Below, one piece after another: positions 19,038 through 29,750 of a stretch of DNA of 64,000 nucleotides. Source of the stretch: Methanobacteriota archaeon (GTDB lineage Archaea; Thermoplasmatota; Thermoplasmata; RBG-16-68-12; JAFNFQ01); the NCBI GenBank assembly GCA_017885655.1, contig JAFNFQ010000004.1, forward strand, positions 89,373 through 153,372. Reading direction: 5' to 3'. The position numbers and the translations under genes were made by a program. Under the pieces are notes generated by a model. That model was given only the letters and a program-made list of their open reading frames with translations, searched no databases and had not been told where the DNA came from. Each line of letters opens with the position of its first letter. Position 1 is the stretch's first letter.

Positions 19038-22000
19038 TTGTTAAAGACAAGCCTCTTGGCTCTGCTAGTGCTGGTGCTTCTGGTCGTACCGTCGGTTCCG
19101 TATGTCCAGGGAACTCATGTTGCGGGTGTTGAAGAATCCGGCCGGGCGATCTCGCTGGATTCAACCGCAGATCAAACGCAGGGCTGGACGCAGACGAGCA
19201 TCGAGGATACGCTGGTCGCGGATGCCGGGAAGCAGTTTGTGGACGTCGTCGTTTTCACAAGCGACGCAGGCGAGCTCGGACGTGCGCTGTCGAGCATGCC
19301 TCACCAGGGGGTCGTCGGCACCGCCAGCGGCGGCGGTTTCAGCACGCCCCGCATCCAGGTCCCCGCGTGGGCACTCGAAAGGATCAAATCGCTTCCATCC
19401 ACCATCGGCGTGTACGACTATAAGTCTCCCGAGAGACAGATAATGGACGATGCAGAAATCATGTCTGGCGAGGGTGTCGTCCCGACCAACATAGATTCTG
19501 TGAACAATCACAAGGCACCTGCCGCCTGGGCGCGGGGCTACAGGGGCGAGGGGACGGAGATCGCGATAGTCGACGACGGGATAGATTTCGCACATCCGGA
19601 TCTCCTGGGGACGGCCGCGAGGTACAACGCCAGCGAGGTCCCTCAGGCCACGCTGAACCAGAAGCCCTGGCTGGGCACTTACGACGGCTGGCCGATCGCC
19701 TACGACCCGACATCGATGTCCGGATGGTTCGCCAAGGGAGGGAAGGCGGAGGGCACTTGGTACGCAAACACGACCTCGACCGATGACACCGTATGGCACA
19801 CCATCAAGGTCGACGGCAAGAACGACTTCTGGACCGACGGTAGCGAGAAGATCGGGAGCGACAGCAACAGCGACATAGTCGAGATCAATGGCACCGAGAC
19901 GAGGCAGGACTACAACCTCATAGACCTCTGGGCCACCCAAGACCAGAACAACTGGTACTTCGCCTTCTCTTCAAAGGCGAACCACTCGACGATGAACTTC
20001 GGGCTCTACATCAACACGACATCGTCGCCGCCATGGACCGCGGGTGCGACGTACGATCCTGTGAACGGCAATCTCATCACGGCCGTTTCGAACCATACCC
20101 CCGAGTTCGCGATCTACATGACCCACAACGGCGGACAGCTGCCGGGACACTACGACAAGAACGACACGATCGACAACGCGACGGTGTGGAAGTGGACCGG
20201 CTCTGCATGGGGATCGCCGGTCAACGTCACCGATTCCCCGATAAACGGGCAGTTCGGTTACGGGAAATACGACTTCAAGAAAGGCGTGGGCTTCGTCGAG
20301 ATCATGATACCGAAGTCCTACCTCGGCAACCCGCCGGGGGTGTCGGTGGAGCTCTTCACAACTGGCACGAATGTCTCGCACGCGCAGGACACGTGCTACG
20401 AGGATCCAAACGTAAACTTCGCCAACCCTGACTGGTCCAGCACGCCCACTCAACTGTCAGCCTTCGTGCAAGTGGAGCGCAGCTTCTGGCATCACACGAG
20501 GAACAAGGTCGGCGACAGGGCGACGCTCTCATGGCCGATACACTACATCACCACCGGCACGAGCAAGAGCGGCTCATATTTCTTCGGGGATCACCCGGAC
20601 AAGAACCTGCCCCAGACCAAGGTACTCGTCGTCGATGAGGCGGCGGCGGGGGTCTACGACACGGTCTACGTCGACCTCGATCACAACAAGGACTTCCATA
20701 ACGACAAGGCGCTGAAGAAGCTCGGCAAGTACGATGCGTCGTTGAACTGGCACCCGGTCGATTGGAACGGCCAGGGGACCGTCTACGACGAGACCTCGTA
20801 CATGGACTTCTACGATCCGGGAGGGGCGGTGAGGACGGTTGCGTACTCGTCCGACGGCAAATGGTTCGTGTCCGGCGGGGAAGACCACCAGGTGGTGCTA
20901 TGGGACACGTCGAACTGGGCGATCAAGTGGTCGACGAACCCGCGCGATGGCCGCCCTGTCTCGTCCGCATTCTCGCCTGACAGCAACAGCGTGGCGGTCG
21001 GGTTCGACGACGCCTCGGGCGGCAGGTACTATGTCGTGATCTGGGACGTGGCGACTGGGACCATCACGCACACGCTCGCCGGTCACGCGGGTAGCGTGAA
21101 CGGTCTCGCCTGGTCGCAGGACGGGACCAAGATTGCATCCGCGTCATCCGACGGCACAGGGAGGATATGGGTCGTTGCCACGGGTTCATACATTGAGCTG
21201 GCAGGACACACCAACGCCGTGACTGGTGTAGCGTGGAGGTGGTCGGACAACATAGTCGCGACCAGTTCTCTGGACGGCACGATACGCCTGTGGGACTCGT
21301 CGGGCACGAGCACCGCAAGGCTCGTCTACGGTCCGCCTCTGTCCGCAGTTGACTTCAACCCGACCGGCACGATCCTTGCGGCCGCATCGTTCGATGGCAA
21401 CGTAACGCTCTGGAACACCGTCACTCGGCTGTTTTCGGCCGCAGCGGCTCATGGAGGCAACGGAGTGCTCAGCGTCAAGTTCAACAGCTCCGGCACCGGG
21501 CTCGTCACTACATCGAACGTGACCGGCGACTTCGACGCGACCGTGGTGACCTGGGACGTCGTTGCATGGGACAACTTCTTCCCGAGGGCCTCGGGGGCGA
21601 GCGCCTGCTACGAGAGCGCCCGGGGATACCGGTCGCCTGCGGGCGCGTTCGCGGCGAATGGCACACAGGTCGCATCGGCCTGCGGCAGCAGCTCGATAAA
21701 GCTGTGGGACAACAACCTAAGGCTTCAGGGCACGCTCAGGGGGCACCGCATAGGAGTCACGGACTACACGATATGGGATGCGGGCGACGGTCTACCTGAC
21801 ATCTCCGGCGGGATGATTTACTTCATCGCGCAGAACTACTATTACACCGCCACCACCAGCTGGGGGACGCCGATTCCGTATTCTGACGCCTACAAGAGCC
21901 GAAATGGCCAGGAGAACCTCTTCATCCCCGTCAACGGCACGCTCGTCGCTTTCATGGGCGAGATGGACCTGGGCAACAAGCACGGGACTCTGATGGCTTC

Positions 22001-25000
22001 CAGTATCGTCGGCAAGGGGGCCTCGAAGTACTATGACTCTACCACGACGATACCTTACCCGATGAAGGAACCGACTGCGCCGCAGGTGGTCGGCATCGCG
22101 CCCGCAGCGAAACTGGTCCCGATAGCTAATGTGTACACAAGCAGCGTCTTCGAAGGGTGGTGGTTCGCCGTCCAGGGATATGACGGCGCGCCGAGTAGCG
22201 GCGACGAGCCGCAGATCGCAGCGAACGGCTTGAGTTTCAGCAGCACCTTCGAGGACGGCTGGGACTTCTACTCGCGGTTCGCCGACTGGATCACCATGGT
22301 CTACGCGAGTGGCAGCGTCGCCTTCACGATGTCGGCGGGAAATGACGGTAATGGCTACGGCACCGTGACATCGCCCGGCTCTGGAGCTGGAGTGATCAGC
22401 GTCGGGGCCAGCACTGACTTCTTCTACCGCAAGGCATCTGGGTTGGAAGGGGGCTCGAGCCAGAGCTACGGTGATGTGGTGCCATTCTCCAGCCGAGGCC
22501 CGACAGCACTTGGAGCGCCCGATCCCCACATGCTCGCGAACGGCCGCATGTCCTACGGCTCGACCCCGCTCAACCTCGTGATTCCATACAACGGACAGAT
22601 AGCGAGCGAGCTCTGGTCTGGGACGAGCTTGTCATCGCCACTGGCGGCGGGCATACTCGCGATGACCGAGCAGGCCTACAAGCAGAAGCACGGCCATTGG
22701 CCCGATGCGGCAACCGCCAAGTCCCTCCTGATGAGCTCGTGCGACGACATCAACTACGACGCCTACTCGCAGGGCGCGGGCTTCCTCAACGCGGACCGCG
22801 CCACGAAGCTGGCGGAGGAGAGCGAGGGATTCTACGTCACTCCCTCTCTCTGGACCCCGGGCAACTACTCCGGACAGAAGTATGAGGCCTTCACATCCCT
22901 CCTCGACCCGGGCTCCTCCGACTCCCAGACATTCACGATAGGTAACCTTCATCAGACGGCCGCGCGGACCGCCAACCTGTCCGCCGAGATATTCCACAGG
23001 TTCTCACAAGTCGACCTCGCGGTGAACACGCTGGCGGACTTCACCGGTGCCGCGATTGACAACTACGTCACTCTGTCGGTGCTCAGTCCGGCCGCGCAGA
23101 CCCTCGGCGGTCCAGGCGCGTACCAGCTCATCCCTCCAACGGTGATGAAGAAGCGCGCGTCGATCAACGTGGCAGACTGGATCAGGGCGGACCTGTTGCG
23201 GGTCACGATATCTGCCAATTTCACCTCGCTGGACGGGGATGGTGACGGCGTCCTTGGCGGGTCGAAGGACTTCACTTACAACATCGACCTGTACGACTGG
23301 ACCTGGGACGGGCTGAACCCGATAATGCCGCACACGGGCAACTTCGCGGACCTCAACAGGATGACAATCAACCATCCAACCGCGAACGTGGTCCAAGCGA
23401 CGATCCGCAACCCCGCGATGAGGACGCACGACGGCCTGTTGATAGGCATCAGGAGGTTCCCGTACGGCGCGAAGGACATCTACTTCCGTATCAGTATCGA
23501 ATTCTTCGAGAAGACGACGTGGTCCCCGTTCCTCACGCTCGACAATAATTCGGTGAACGTCCCTTCGAACTCGAATGCGACATTCACCGCCACCGTGAAC
23601 GTCCCGGCGGACATCCCGATCGGCAGCTACGAGGGATCGATATACGTCAAGGGCAACCCGCAGCACGACATCAAGACGTGGGAGGTCGTGAGGACGAACA
23701 CGAAGTACGCCGCGCTGAACCAGTTCAACATAGTCGGCATCGCGGTCTGGCGGGGGGCGGTCAAGCTCAGGCCGGGCATTGACTATGTCGCCTACAATGA
23801 CACCGGCGTCGTCGAGTTCAAGATTGTCTTGGGGCTGGGGAACATCATGAAGGTGGATTACTGGTACGACCAGGTAGTCACGATCCCTGTCTCTGTCACG
23901 GTGCCCGCTCATGGAGTCATATTCAACTGGTCGGCGGGCCAAGTGCCCGGCCAAGACGAGTTCTACTCGAACGTGATTTCCGCGGGCTTCGGGCTGGGCG
24001 GGCAGTCTGGCGACTGGCGCTTCTACCCGACGTTGCTGCCGCAGGGCGGGCTGTACGACCTATCCAAGACGTTGCGATTCATCGCGAAGGTCAGCTGGGA
24101 TTTGAACAGGACGGACATCGACGTCTTCTCGTTCGGCCCAGGCGGCTCCGTCGTCGCGGTGGGCTCCGACCTGTCCACGCAGAGATACGGGCCGTTCCTC
24201 GTCGGCAGGAACAACGGCGGCAGCACGACTACCGCCCTTGTGTTCACCACGAGCGGGGGGAACATGGAGATAGCATCGCCGGCCTTCGCCGGTGGGCTCA
24301 ACATAATCGCCGTGCACGTCGTGCACATGAACGGTCTGCGCTACAGGGAGAACGTCTCCGGGGAGGTCGGTCTCTTCGGCCTCAACCCGAAGGAACTGAC
24401 CGTGGTCACCAACAAGCTGTACGGGAGCAGGGCGTTCCAGATATTCAGCACGATGAGCTGGCCAGGCATCGGAGCGGTATCAGCTGGCCCGGCGCCGCCA
24501 GAGCGTTATATGAACGAACACATAAAGCAGGACTCGACCGAGGGGACGGACTTCGTCTCGATGCTCTCGAAGGGTTCCTACACCCGCCTCGTCCGTGTCA
24601 AGCCGAGTGCACTCATCTTCAGCGCGAACACATCGAGCGATCAAGGCTACACCGACAAGCCCTGTTCCGACCTCGACCTGGGCGTCTTCCTCGACGGCAA
24701 AGGTCCTGGCAACGTCCCTGACGGCATCGCGCAGCCGGAGGAGTTCGTCGTCTACTCCGCCGGTCAAAGCGCGACGGAGGAAGTGAGGCTCATCAGGCCA
24801 ACCGTCGAGGACGACCCGGACACTCCAAATATCAACGAGATGGAGGTCGGCGCGCCCTACCTGATAAAGGTCCTAGGCTACATCGTCCCTTGGGCTCCTT
24901 ACGGCACGTTCAACGTGGACGTCACCCTCGTGCAGGGCGTGGGCTTCAGTGTCGAGGGTGCGACCAAGCTCCGCGTCGACCCTTACAACATATCGAGGGT

Positions 25001-26636
25001 GTACCTGAACTGGAACCTGCAGGGGAGCACGAAACCTGGCAGGATGCTCGGCGCTCTCTACATCGGTCCCTCGAACGCGCCGCTCATGATACTGGTCCCG
25101 ATAACGCTGGTCATCGACTTCACCGCACCTAAGATTACCAAATTCTCCGTCACTGCGACAGGCGAGAGCCGCGTGGACGCCGCAACGGGCAGGACGACGA
25201 ACGACAGGATGCCGAGTCTCGTCCTCGAGGTGAGGGACGACGACAGGGGCGAGCTGGATCCCGCGAGCGTCAGGACATACATGGACGGGGAGAACGTCAC
25301 AGCCTGGACTTCTGTCTCCTTCGCATTCAGCCCCCACCCGACCAGCGCGGTCCTTGGCCGGTGGAGCGGGAGCATCAGGTATGTGCCGATAAGGCCGCTC
25401 AGCCCGGGGCCCCACTTGTTCAAGGTCTCGGTGGCGGATGTTGCGGGGAACTTCGTCGATAGGGACTACGTCATAGTGATCGACCCCGATGCCCCGCTAA
25501 TAGCCATAGAAGGCCCGCCGGTCCGGTACACGAACGTCTCTGATGCGGAGATCCGCGGGACCACGGAGCCGGGCGCGACAGTCGTCATGGGGAACACCTC
25601 AGTAGTGGCCGATCAGGACGGGGCTTTCTCCTTCAATGTGCGCCTCACTCCAGGGATCAACGAGTACTCCGTGAGGGCGACCGACTGGTTCGCAGCAGGC
25701 ACGGGAGGAACGCAGGTCAGCGGCAATTACGCCGATGCCGCTGTCAGGATAATCTACGACACCGTACCGCCGGAGCTGCAGGCGGCGATCTCGCCATCCC
25801 TGGTCACGAGTGGCGAGGCCGTCATGGTCTGGGGACAGGTGAGCGACAGCGCCTCGACGATCGAACTGGACCCGACCACGGTGAGGGTGACCGTGAACGG
25901 AAACGACATCCACGTCAGCGCGGACGGGAAGTTCACGGTGTGGGTCACGCTGTTGCTCGAAGGCGACAACAGGATCACGGTCGCCGCGACGGACCTTGCG
26001 GGCAACACCGCCAGCCAGGAAATCACGGTCGTGAGGGACACCGAGCCACCGTCCCTAATCCTCGACGACATGCCGAGCGTCGTGACCGAGAGCAAGGTCA
26101 CGGTCTCCGGGAGGACTTCGCCAGGAGTGAGGGCGAAGGTGAACGGGTTCGAGGCTCCCGTGAACCCTGACGGGACCTTCTCGAAGCAGGTGCAGCTCAG
26201 CTACGGCATGAACTGCATCGTGGTCAGGGTGACCGACGACGCCGACAACGTCAACGAGATGAAGGTCGGGGTGTACTACGCCTCCAGCTTTGCGCCGGAA
26301 TCGGGGGCGCCAGGCGGCTACCTCAACATGTCCCCGGGGGTGTGGGCGGCGATTGCCGTGGTCATCGGTCTGGTGATTGGCTTGGTTCTCTCCATTCTCT
26401 TCAAGCCGAAGGGTGGAACGAAGGGCGAACCCGAGGAGGGCGAGGCCGGGGAAGCAGAGGCCGAAGAGAAGCCGAAGGAGGAAGAGGCTCCGAAGAAAGA
26501 GGTTCCACCTGAGACCGAGCCCATGAAGCCCGCAGAGGACAAGAGGGAGGCTGCGCTGCGCAAGGCCCTCGAGGACGGGAAGATAAGCAAGGAGATCTAC
26601 GAGAAGAACCTGGCCCGCATCAAGGGGAAGGCGTAG
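19038..26636 (+). CDS. Giant (2532 aa) membrane-anchored surface protein: subtilisin-like (S8) peptidase triad with an inserted WD40 beta-propeller, multiple beta-sandwich domains, C-terminal TM helix and acidic/Lys tail
   Basis: TTG start with GGGAGGAG upstream; signal peptide MLKTSLLALLVLVLLVVPSVPYVQG. Asp motif AIVDDGIDFAHPDL, His motif HGTLMASSIVG about 800 aa later, Ser motif SGTSLSSPLAAG. WD repeats (VVLWDTS, VIWDVATG, RIWVVATG, IRLWDSSG, VTLWNTV, VVTWDV, IKLWDNN) lie between the Asp and His motifs. C-terminus VWAAIAVVIGLVIGLVLSILF followed by an E/K-rich tail. Confidence 0.85.
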   Translation: MLKTSLLALLVLVLLVVPSVPYVQGTHVAGVEESGRAISLDSTADQTQGWTQTSIEDTLVADAGKQFVDVVVFTSDAGELGRALSSMPHQGVVGTASGGGFSTPRIQVPAWALERIKSLPSTIGVYDYKSPERQIMDDAEIMSGEGVVPTNIDSVNNHKAPAAWARGYRGEGTEIAIVDDGIDFAHPDLLGTAARYNASEVPQATLNQKPWLGTYDGWPIAYDPTSMSGWFAKGGKAEGTWYANTTSTDDTVWHTIKVDGKNDFWTDGSEKIGSDSNSDIVEINGTETRQDYNLIDLWATQDQNNWYFAFSSKANHSTMNFGLYINTTSSPPWTAGATYDPVNGNLITAVSNHTPEFAIYMTHNGGQLPGHYDKNDTIDNATVWKWTGSAWGSPVNVTDSPINGQFGYGKYDFKKGVGFVEIMIPKSYLGNPPGVSVELFTTGTNVSHAQDTCYEDPNVNFANPDWSSTPTQLSAFVQVERSFWHHTRNKVGDRATLSWPIHYITTGTSKSGSYFFGDHPDKNLPQTKVLVVDEAAAGVYDTVYVDLDHNKDFHNDKALKKLGKYDASLNWHPVDWNGQGTVYDETSYMDFYDPGGAVRTVAYSSDGKWFVSGGEDHQVVLWDTSNWAIKWSTNPRDGRPVSSAFSPDSNSVAVGFDDASGGRYYVVIWDVATGTITHTLAGHAGSVNGLAWSQDGTKIASASSDGTGRIWVVATGSYIELAGHTNAVTGVAWRWSDNIVATSSLDGTIRLWDSSGTSTARLVYGPPLSAVDFNPTGTILAAASFDGNVTLWNTVTRLFSAAAAHGGNGVLSVKFNSSGTGLVTTSNVTGDFDATVVTWDVVAWDNFFPRASGASACYESARGYRSPAGAFAANGTQVASACGSSSIKLWDNNLRLQGTLRGHRIGVTDYTIWDAGDGLPDISGGMIYFIAQNYYYTATTSWGTPIPYSDAYKSRNGQENLFIPVNGTLVAFMGEMDLGNKHGTLMASSIVGKGASKYYDSTTTIPYPMKEPTAPQVVGIAPAAKLVPIANVYTSSVFEGWWFAVQGYDGAPSSGDEPQIAANGLSFSSTFEDGWDFYSRFADWITMVYASGSVAFTMSAGNDGNGYGTVTSPGSGAGVISVGASTDFFYRKASGLEGGSSQSYGDVVPFSSRGPTALGAPDPHMLANGRMSYGSTPLNLVIPYNGQIASELWSGTSLSSPLAAGILAMTEQAYKQKHGHWPDAATAKSLLMSSCDDINYDAYSQGAGFLNADRATKLAEESEGFYVTPSLWTPGNYSGQKYEAFTSLLDPGSSDSQTFTIGNLHQTAARTANLSAEIFHRFSQVDLAVNTLADFTGAAIDNYVTLSVLSPAAQTLGGPGAYQLIPPTVMKKRASINVADWIRADLLRVTISANFTSLDGDGDGVLGGSKDFTYNIDLYDWTWDGLNPIMPHTGNFADLNRMTINHPTANVVQATIRNPAMRTHDGLLIGIRRFPYGAKDIYFRISIEFFEKTTWSPFLTLDNNSVNVPSNSNATFTATVNVPADIPIGSYEGSIYVKGNPQHDIKTWEVVRTNTKYAALNQFNIVGIAVWRGAVKLRPGIDYVAYNDTGVVEFKIVLGLGNIMKVDYWYDQVVTIPVSVTVPAHGVIFNWSAGQVPGQDEFYSNVISAGFGLGGQSGDWRFYPTLLPQGGLYDLSKTLRFIAKVSWDLNRTDIDVFSFGPGGSVVAVGSDLSTQRYGPFLVGRNNGGSTTTALVFTTSGGNMEIASPAFAGGLNIIAVHVVHMNGLRYRENVSGEVGLFGLNPKELTVVTNKLYGSRAFQIFSTMSWPGIGAVSAGPAPPERYMNEHIKQDSTEGTDFVSMLSKGSYTRLVRVKPSALIFSANTSSDQGYTDKPCSDLDLGVFLDGKGPGNVPDGIAQPEEFVVYSAGQSATEEVRLIRPTVEDDPDTPNINEMEVGAPYLIKVLGYIVPWAPYGTFNVDVTLVQGVGFSVEGATKLRVDPYNISRVYLNWNLQGSTKPGRMLGALYIGPSNAPLMILVPITLVIDFTAPKITKFSVTATGESRVDAATGRTTNDRMPSLVLEVRDDDRGELDPASVRTYMDGENVTAWTSVSFAFSPHPTSAVLGRWSGSIRYVPIRPLSPGPHLFKVSVADVAGNFVDRDYVIVIDPDAPLIAIEGPPVRYTNVSDAEIRGTTEPGATVVMGNTSVVADQDGAFSFNVRLTPGINEYSVRATDWFAAGTGGTQVSGNYADAAVRIIYDTVPPELQAAISPSLVTSGEAVMVWGQVSDSASTIELDPTTVRVTVNGNDIHVSADGKFTVWVTLLLEGDNRITVAATDLAGNTASQEITVVRDTEPPSLILDDMPSVVTESKVTVSGRTSPGVRAKVNGFEAPVNPDGTFSKQVQLSYGMNCIVVRVTDDADNVNEMKVGVYYASSFAPESGAPGGYLNMSPGVWAAIAVVIGLVIGLVLSILFKPKGGTKGEPEEGEAGEAEAEEKPKEEEAPKKEVPPETEPMKPAEDKREAALRKALEDGKISKEIYEKNLARIKGKA

Positions 26637-26678
26637 GGCGCAAAGCTATTCTACCGGTGGCGGTTAGGCACCGCCCAA

Positions 26679-26750
26679 GGGCCGATAGATCAGTGGAAGA
26701 TCGCCGCCTTCGCAAGGCGGAAGCCGTGGGTTCAAATCCCACTCGGTCCA
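26679..26750 (+). tRNA. tRNA-Ala (anticodon CGC), no encoded CCA
   Basis: Cloverleaf folds by hand: acceptor GGGCCGA/TCGGTCC with a G3:U70 pair (Ala identity element), D-stem GATC/GATC, anticodon stem CCGCC/GGCGG with loop TTCGCAA, T-arm GTGGG-TTCAAAT-CCCAC. Confidence 0.85.
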
Positions 26751-26905
26751 CTTTCAATGAGTGCGCATGGAGTTCAGTACGCATCGCAGGGAATCATGCT
26801 GGGCTTTATCCAGAGGGATTATTGTCATAGTCCTCATCGAAAGAATCAATACGCGAATCATGAAGGTTCCTAGATTGACAGAACGGCATCGAACCCTGGC
26901 TATGC

Positions 26906-28363
26906 CTATACTTCTAGCGCGTCGATCCTATTGCCCGCGATTCGAACAACGAATGTGAGCAGTAGCGCCGAGAGATCTGCCATGAGAATCGCAACGAGTA
27001 CTCCCAGAACCCTGTCGTTCATGAAAACGAGCGGCGCTGGTGCGAAGACCACCACGCAGGCTATCAGGCCGAGGATGAAGACAGCATACATCGTGAAAGA
27101 GTCAGGAAGACCGCCAGTGTTCCTGTCGAAGCTTGGCGATCTGGCCCCGAAATAGAGCCCCACAGCGATCATTAGGAAACTCACGACCAGCGCCCCGAAC
27201 GCCAGCATGACGGTAACCGCCCATGGGAGTCCCGCCATCAATGACAGCGGCAAAGTAACAGCCACTACAGCTGGCACGACGATCAGGTAGGCCGACACCT
27301 TGCCGACCGCCACGGCATGTCCATTCACTGGAGCCGTGCGGACGATCCAAATGGAATCGAATTCCCCGCCAATGGAGGAGAGCCCCTTTGAGGTGAGGAC
27401 GAGCGCCGCACCTATGTAGGCTCCCGCCATCGCGAGCGCAGGAAGGGTGAATCTCGCGAGAGGGCCCGCAGGCGGACCGCCAAGGAATAAGTCGACTGAC
27501 GCCAGAGCGACTGTCAGCAGGATGAGTGTGGCGATCGAGATGGTGATCTCCCGGCGCCTCCACGCGGTCTTGATCTCCTTGTCGAAAAGGGCGGCCTCGG
27601 GTTCTGTCATCCATGGGAGCCTGAACGCCCTCGAGCTCCTCAGGCCCGACTTGCCCGGGGATGAGGTTTGGACATTCCAGGCCTCAGCCAACCATTCGGA
27701 TGTCCCGAAAGCCGAAGCCATTGTTGGCGGAACTACAGCCAGGAGGAATGCGAACATATTGCCCAAGGGAGGTTCGTTCTGTACTAGGACGAGCCAAGCG
27801 ATTGCGGGAACTACCGCCAGCGACGCCAAGCCCGTTATCTTCTTTCTCCATGTCGACAGCGAGGCCGCCACTGAGAAGGCGAACCCCGAGGCGAGTCCTC
27901 CGATCGCCGCAAGGACAAGGGACGGGATGAACAGGCCGGTGGCGGGGATTTGCATGTGCAGCCCCGCTATCATGGCGGTCGCGCTGCCAAGTGCGAGGGC
28001 CACGAAAGCCAAGTTGAACGAGAACACCGTGGCCAGTTTGGCTGCCACGATCGAGCGGCGGGAGAGCGGCTGTTGGAGCAAGAAGACCAGAGAAGGGTTG
28101 CGCACCATCCTGTTGTAGCCGTCTATCGCCCCCTTCCCGAGGGCGATCATGAACGCCGCGAAGAGAAGGGAGCCCGGCGTGATCGGCATGGCAATCGGAG
28201 CGTTTGATGTGTTTACCAGCTCGACTATTCTGAGAATCAGCCAGATGCTCCCGAGGAACTGGAGGATCGACAGAGGGAACGAGATCTTGTGCTTGCTGTA
28301 GCGCGCGGTGGAGAAGCGCATCGACTGCACTACATCCGCAGCGTGGATTGAGAACGCGCTCAT
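26906..28363 (-). CDS. ABC-2-type transporter permease (large, probably duplicated/fused, about 12 TM segments)
   Basis: Hydrophobic multi-pass protein translationally coupled (ATGA overlap) to the upstream ABC ATPase. Confidence 0.7.
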   Translation of the reverse strand: MSAFSIHAADVVQSMRFSTARYSKHKISFPLSILQFLGSIWLILRIVELVNTSNAPIAMPITPGSLLFAAFMIALGKGAIDGYNRMVRNPSLVFLLQQPLSRRSIVAAKLATVFSFNLAFVALALGSATAMIAGLHMQIPATGLFIPSLVLAAIGGLASGFAFSVAASLSTWRKKITGLASLAVVPAIAWLVLVQNEPPLGNMFAFLLAVVPPTMASAFGTSEWLAEAWNVQTSSPGKSGLRSSRAFRLPWMTEPEAALFDKEIKTAWRRREITISIATLILLTVALASVDLFLGGPPAGPLARFTLPALAMAGAYIGAALVLTSKGLSSIGGEFDSIWIVRTAPVNGHAVAVGKVSAYLIVVPAVVAVTLPLSLMAGLPWAVTVMLAFGALVVSFLMIAVGLYFGARSPSFDRNTGGLPDSFTMYAVFILGLIACVVVFAPAPLVFMNDRVLGVLVAILMADLSALLLTFVVRIAGNRIDALEV

Positions 28364-29085
28364 GAGTCTCCCACTATCGCGGTGAACGCGTCCTCCAGGG
28401 TAGATGCCCCCGACTTCGCGCAGACCTCCTTGACGGACCCGAGCGCCACGAGGCCTCCGTCGTGTATTATCGCGATTCTATCGCAGATCGCCTCCGCCAC
28501 CTGAGTCACGTGCGTGCTCAGGAGGATGGTGTTTCCTGCCCGGGCATATTCCTTGAGCCATTCCTTGAGCACCTTGGCGAACCTGGGGTCGAGGCCGTTG
28601 GTGGGCTCGTCCAGGATGAGCACCGGTGGCCTGTGGAAAAGAGCGCTCGACACTGCGAGCTTCTGCTTCATCCCCCTGGACAGCCCATCCGACTCGCGTT
28701 CGAGCTCCGCGCCCATGCGGAACAGCTCCCTCATCTCGGATATCCCCCTGTCGGCATCGGCCTGCTTCATGTTTCGCAGCCGGGCGATCATGTTCAGGAA
28801 CTCGCGGCCTGTGAGCTTGTCGTAGAGAGATGGATTCTCGGGAACGAAGCCGATCAACCGTCTTGCCCGGAGCGGATCTCGGACTACGTCGGCATTGCCG
28901 ACGACGGCCACCCCGGAATCCGGGCGGAGGAGAGTGGCGAATATCTTCATCAGGGTGGTCTTGCCCGCCCCGTTCGAGCCCAGCAGGCCGAAGACCTCTC
29001 CTCTGGACAGCTCGAGGCTGACACGGTTGAGGGCAATGATGTCCCCATAGCGCTTGGTCACGTCCCTGGCGGCTAGCATGAGCAT
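28360..29085 (-). CDS. ABC transporter ATP-binding protein
   Basis: Walker A GSNGAGKTT, ABC signature LSRGMKQK, Walker B LILDEPT, H-loop STH. Confidence 0.9.
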   Translation of the reverse strand: MLMLAARDVTKRYGDIIALNRVSLELSRGEVFGLLGSNGAGKTTLMKIFATLLRPDSGVAVVGNADVVRDPLRARRLIGFVPENPSLYDKLTGREFLNMIARLRNMKQADADRGISEMRELFRMGAELERESDGLSRGMKQKLAVSSALFHRPPVLILDEPTNGLDPRFAKVLKEWLKEYARAGNTILLSTHVTQVAEAICDRIAIIHDGGLVALGSVKEVCAKSGASTLEDAFTAIVGDS

Positions 29086-29160
29086 CCAAAGAAGGCGGAA
29101 CGGCTTAAGGATTGACCTATCGCCGGTCAGTGGACGACAGGAAGCGCCGATACATTTCGC

Positions 29161-29739
29161 CTAAATTCGCGTGATCGAAGCGATGTATGCCATAGGAAGA
29201 TGGCCGTTGAAACTCGCCTCGAACCTCGTCTCTCTGATGTAGTTGATCCTCCATCCTCCGCCGAAAGTCTGGCGGATCTCGGCCTGGGTTATCCTCCTCG
29301 GTCCGCCGCCATCAGGCTCTTTGTCGCTGAAACAGAGCATGAAATAGGTCCCGCCGGGCCTCAGCACCCTTGCCAGGCCTCTGGCAAAAACCTCTCGCTC
29401 TTCATCAGAAAGGACGTGGAAAAGACCCGAGTCTATTACCGAATCGAACTTTCGGCCTATGGAGGGGAGATCGAGCGCGCCGTGGACGAGGAACTTGGCA
29501 TTTAGCCGTCGGTCTTTCGCCTTCAGTCTCGCTTTCTCTATGGCAAGTGGGGCCGAGTCGATCCCCCAGACCTCGTGCCCCTCCGCCGCGAGGAACAGGG
29601 AGTTCTCGCCGGTCCCGCAGCCAACGTCCAGAACTGCGCCTCGAATCTCGCCTGACTGCGCCAGTCTTACTATCTCACCTTGAGGGTGGCCTATGTCCCA
29701 GGGCGGCGTGCCCCGGTAGGCCTCGTTGAACCAGCCCAT
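29161..29739 (-). CDS. Class I SAM-dependent methyltransferase (192 aa)
   Basis: VLDVGCGTGE motif I. ATG at 29739 lies 11 nt downstream of the DUF1059 stop. The 238-aa track ORF is a GTG-initiated extension that overlaps the DUF1059 gene in another frame. Confidence 0.8.
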   Translation of the reverse strand: MGWFNEAYRGTPPWDIGHPQGEIVRLAQSGEIRGAVLDVGCGTGENSLFLAAEGHEVWGIDSAPLAIEKARLKAKDRRLNAKFLVHGALDLPSIGRKFDSVIDSGLFHVLSDEEREVFARGLARVLRPGGTYFMLCFSDKEPDGGGPRRITQAEIRQTFGGGWRINYIRETRFEASFNGHLPMAYIASITRI

Positions 29740-29750
29740 GGCTTCTCTTT

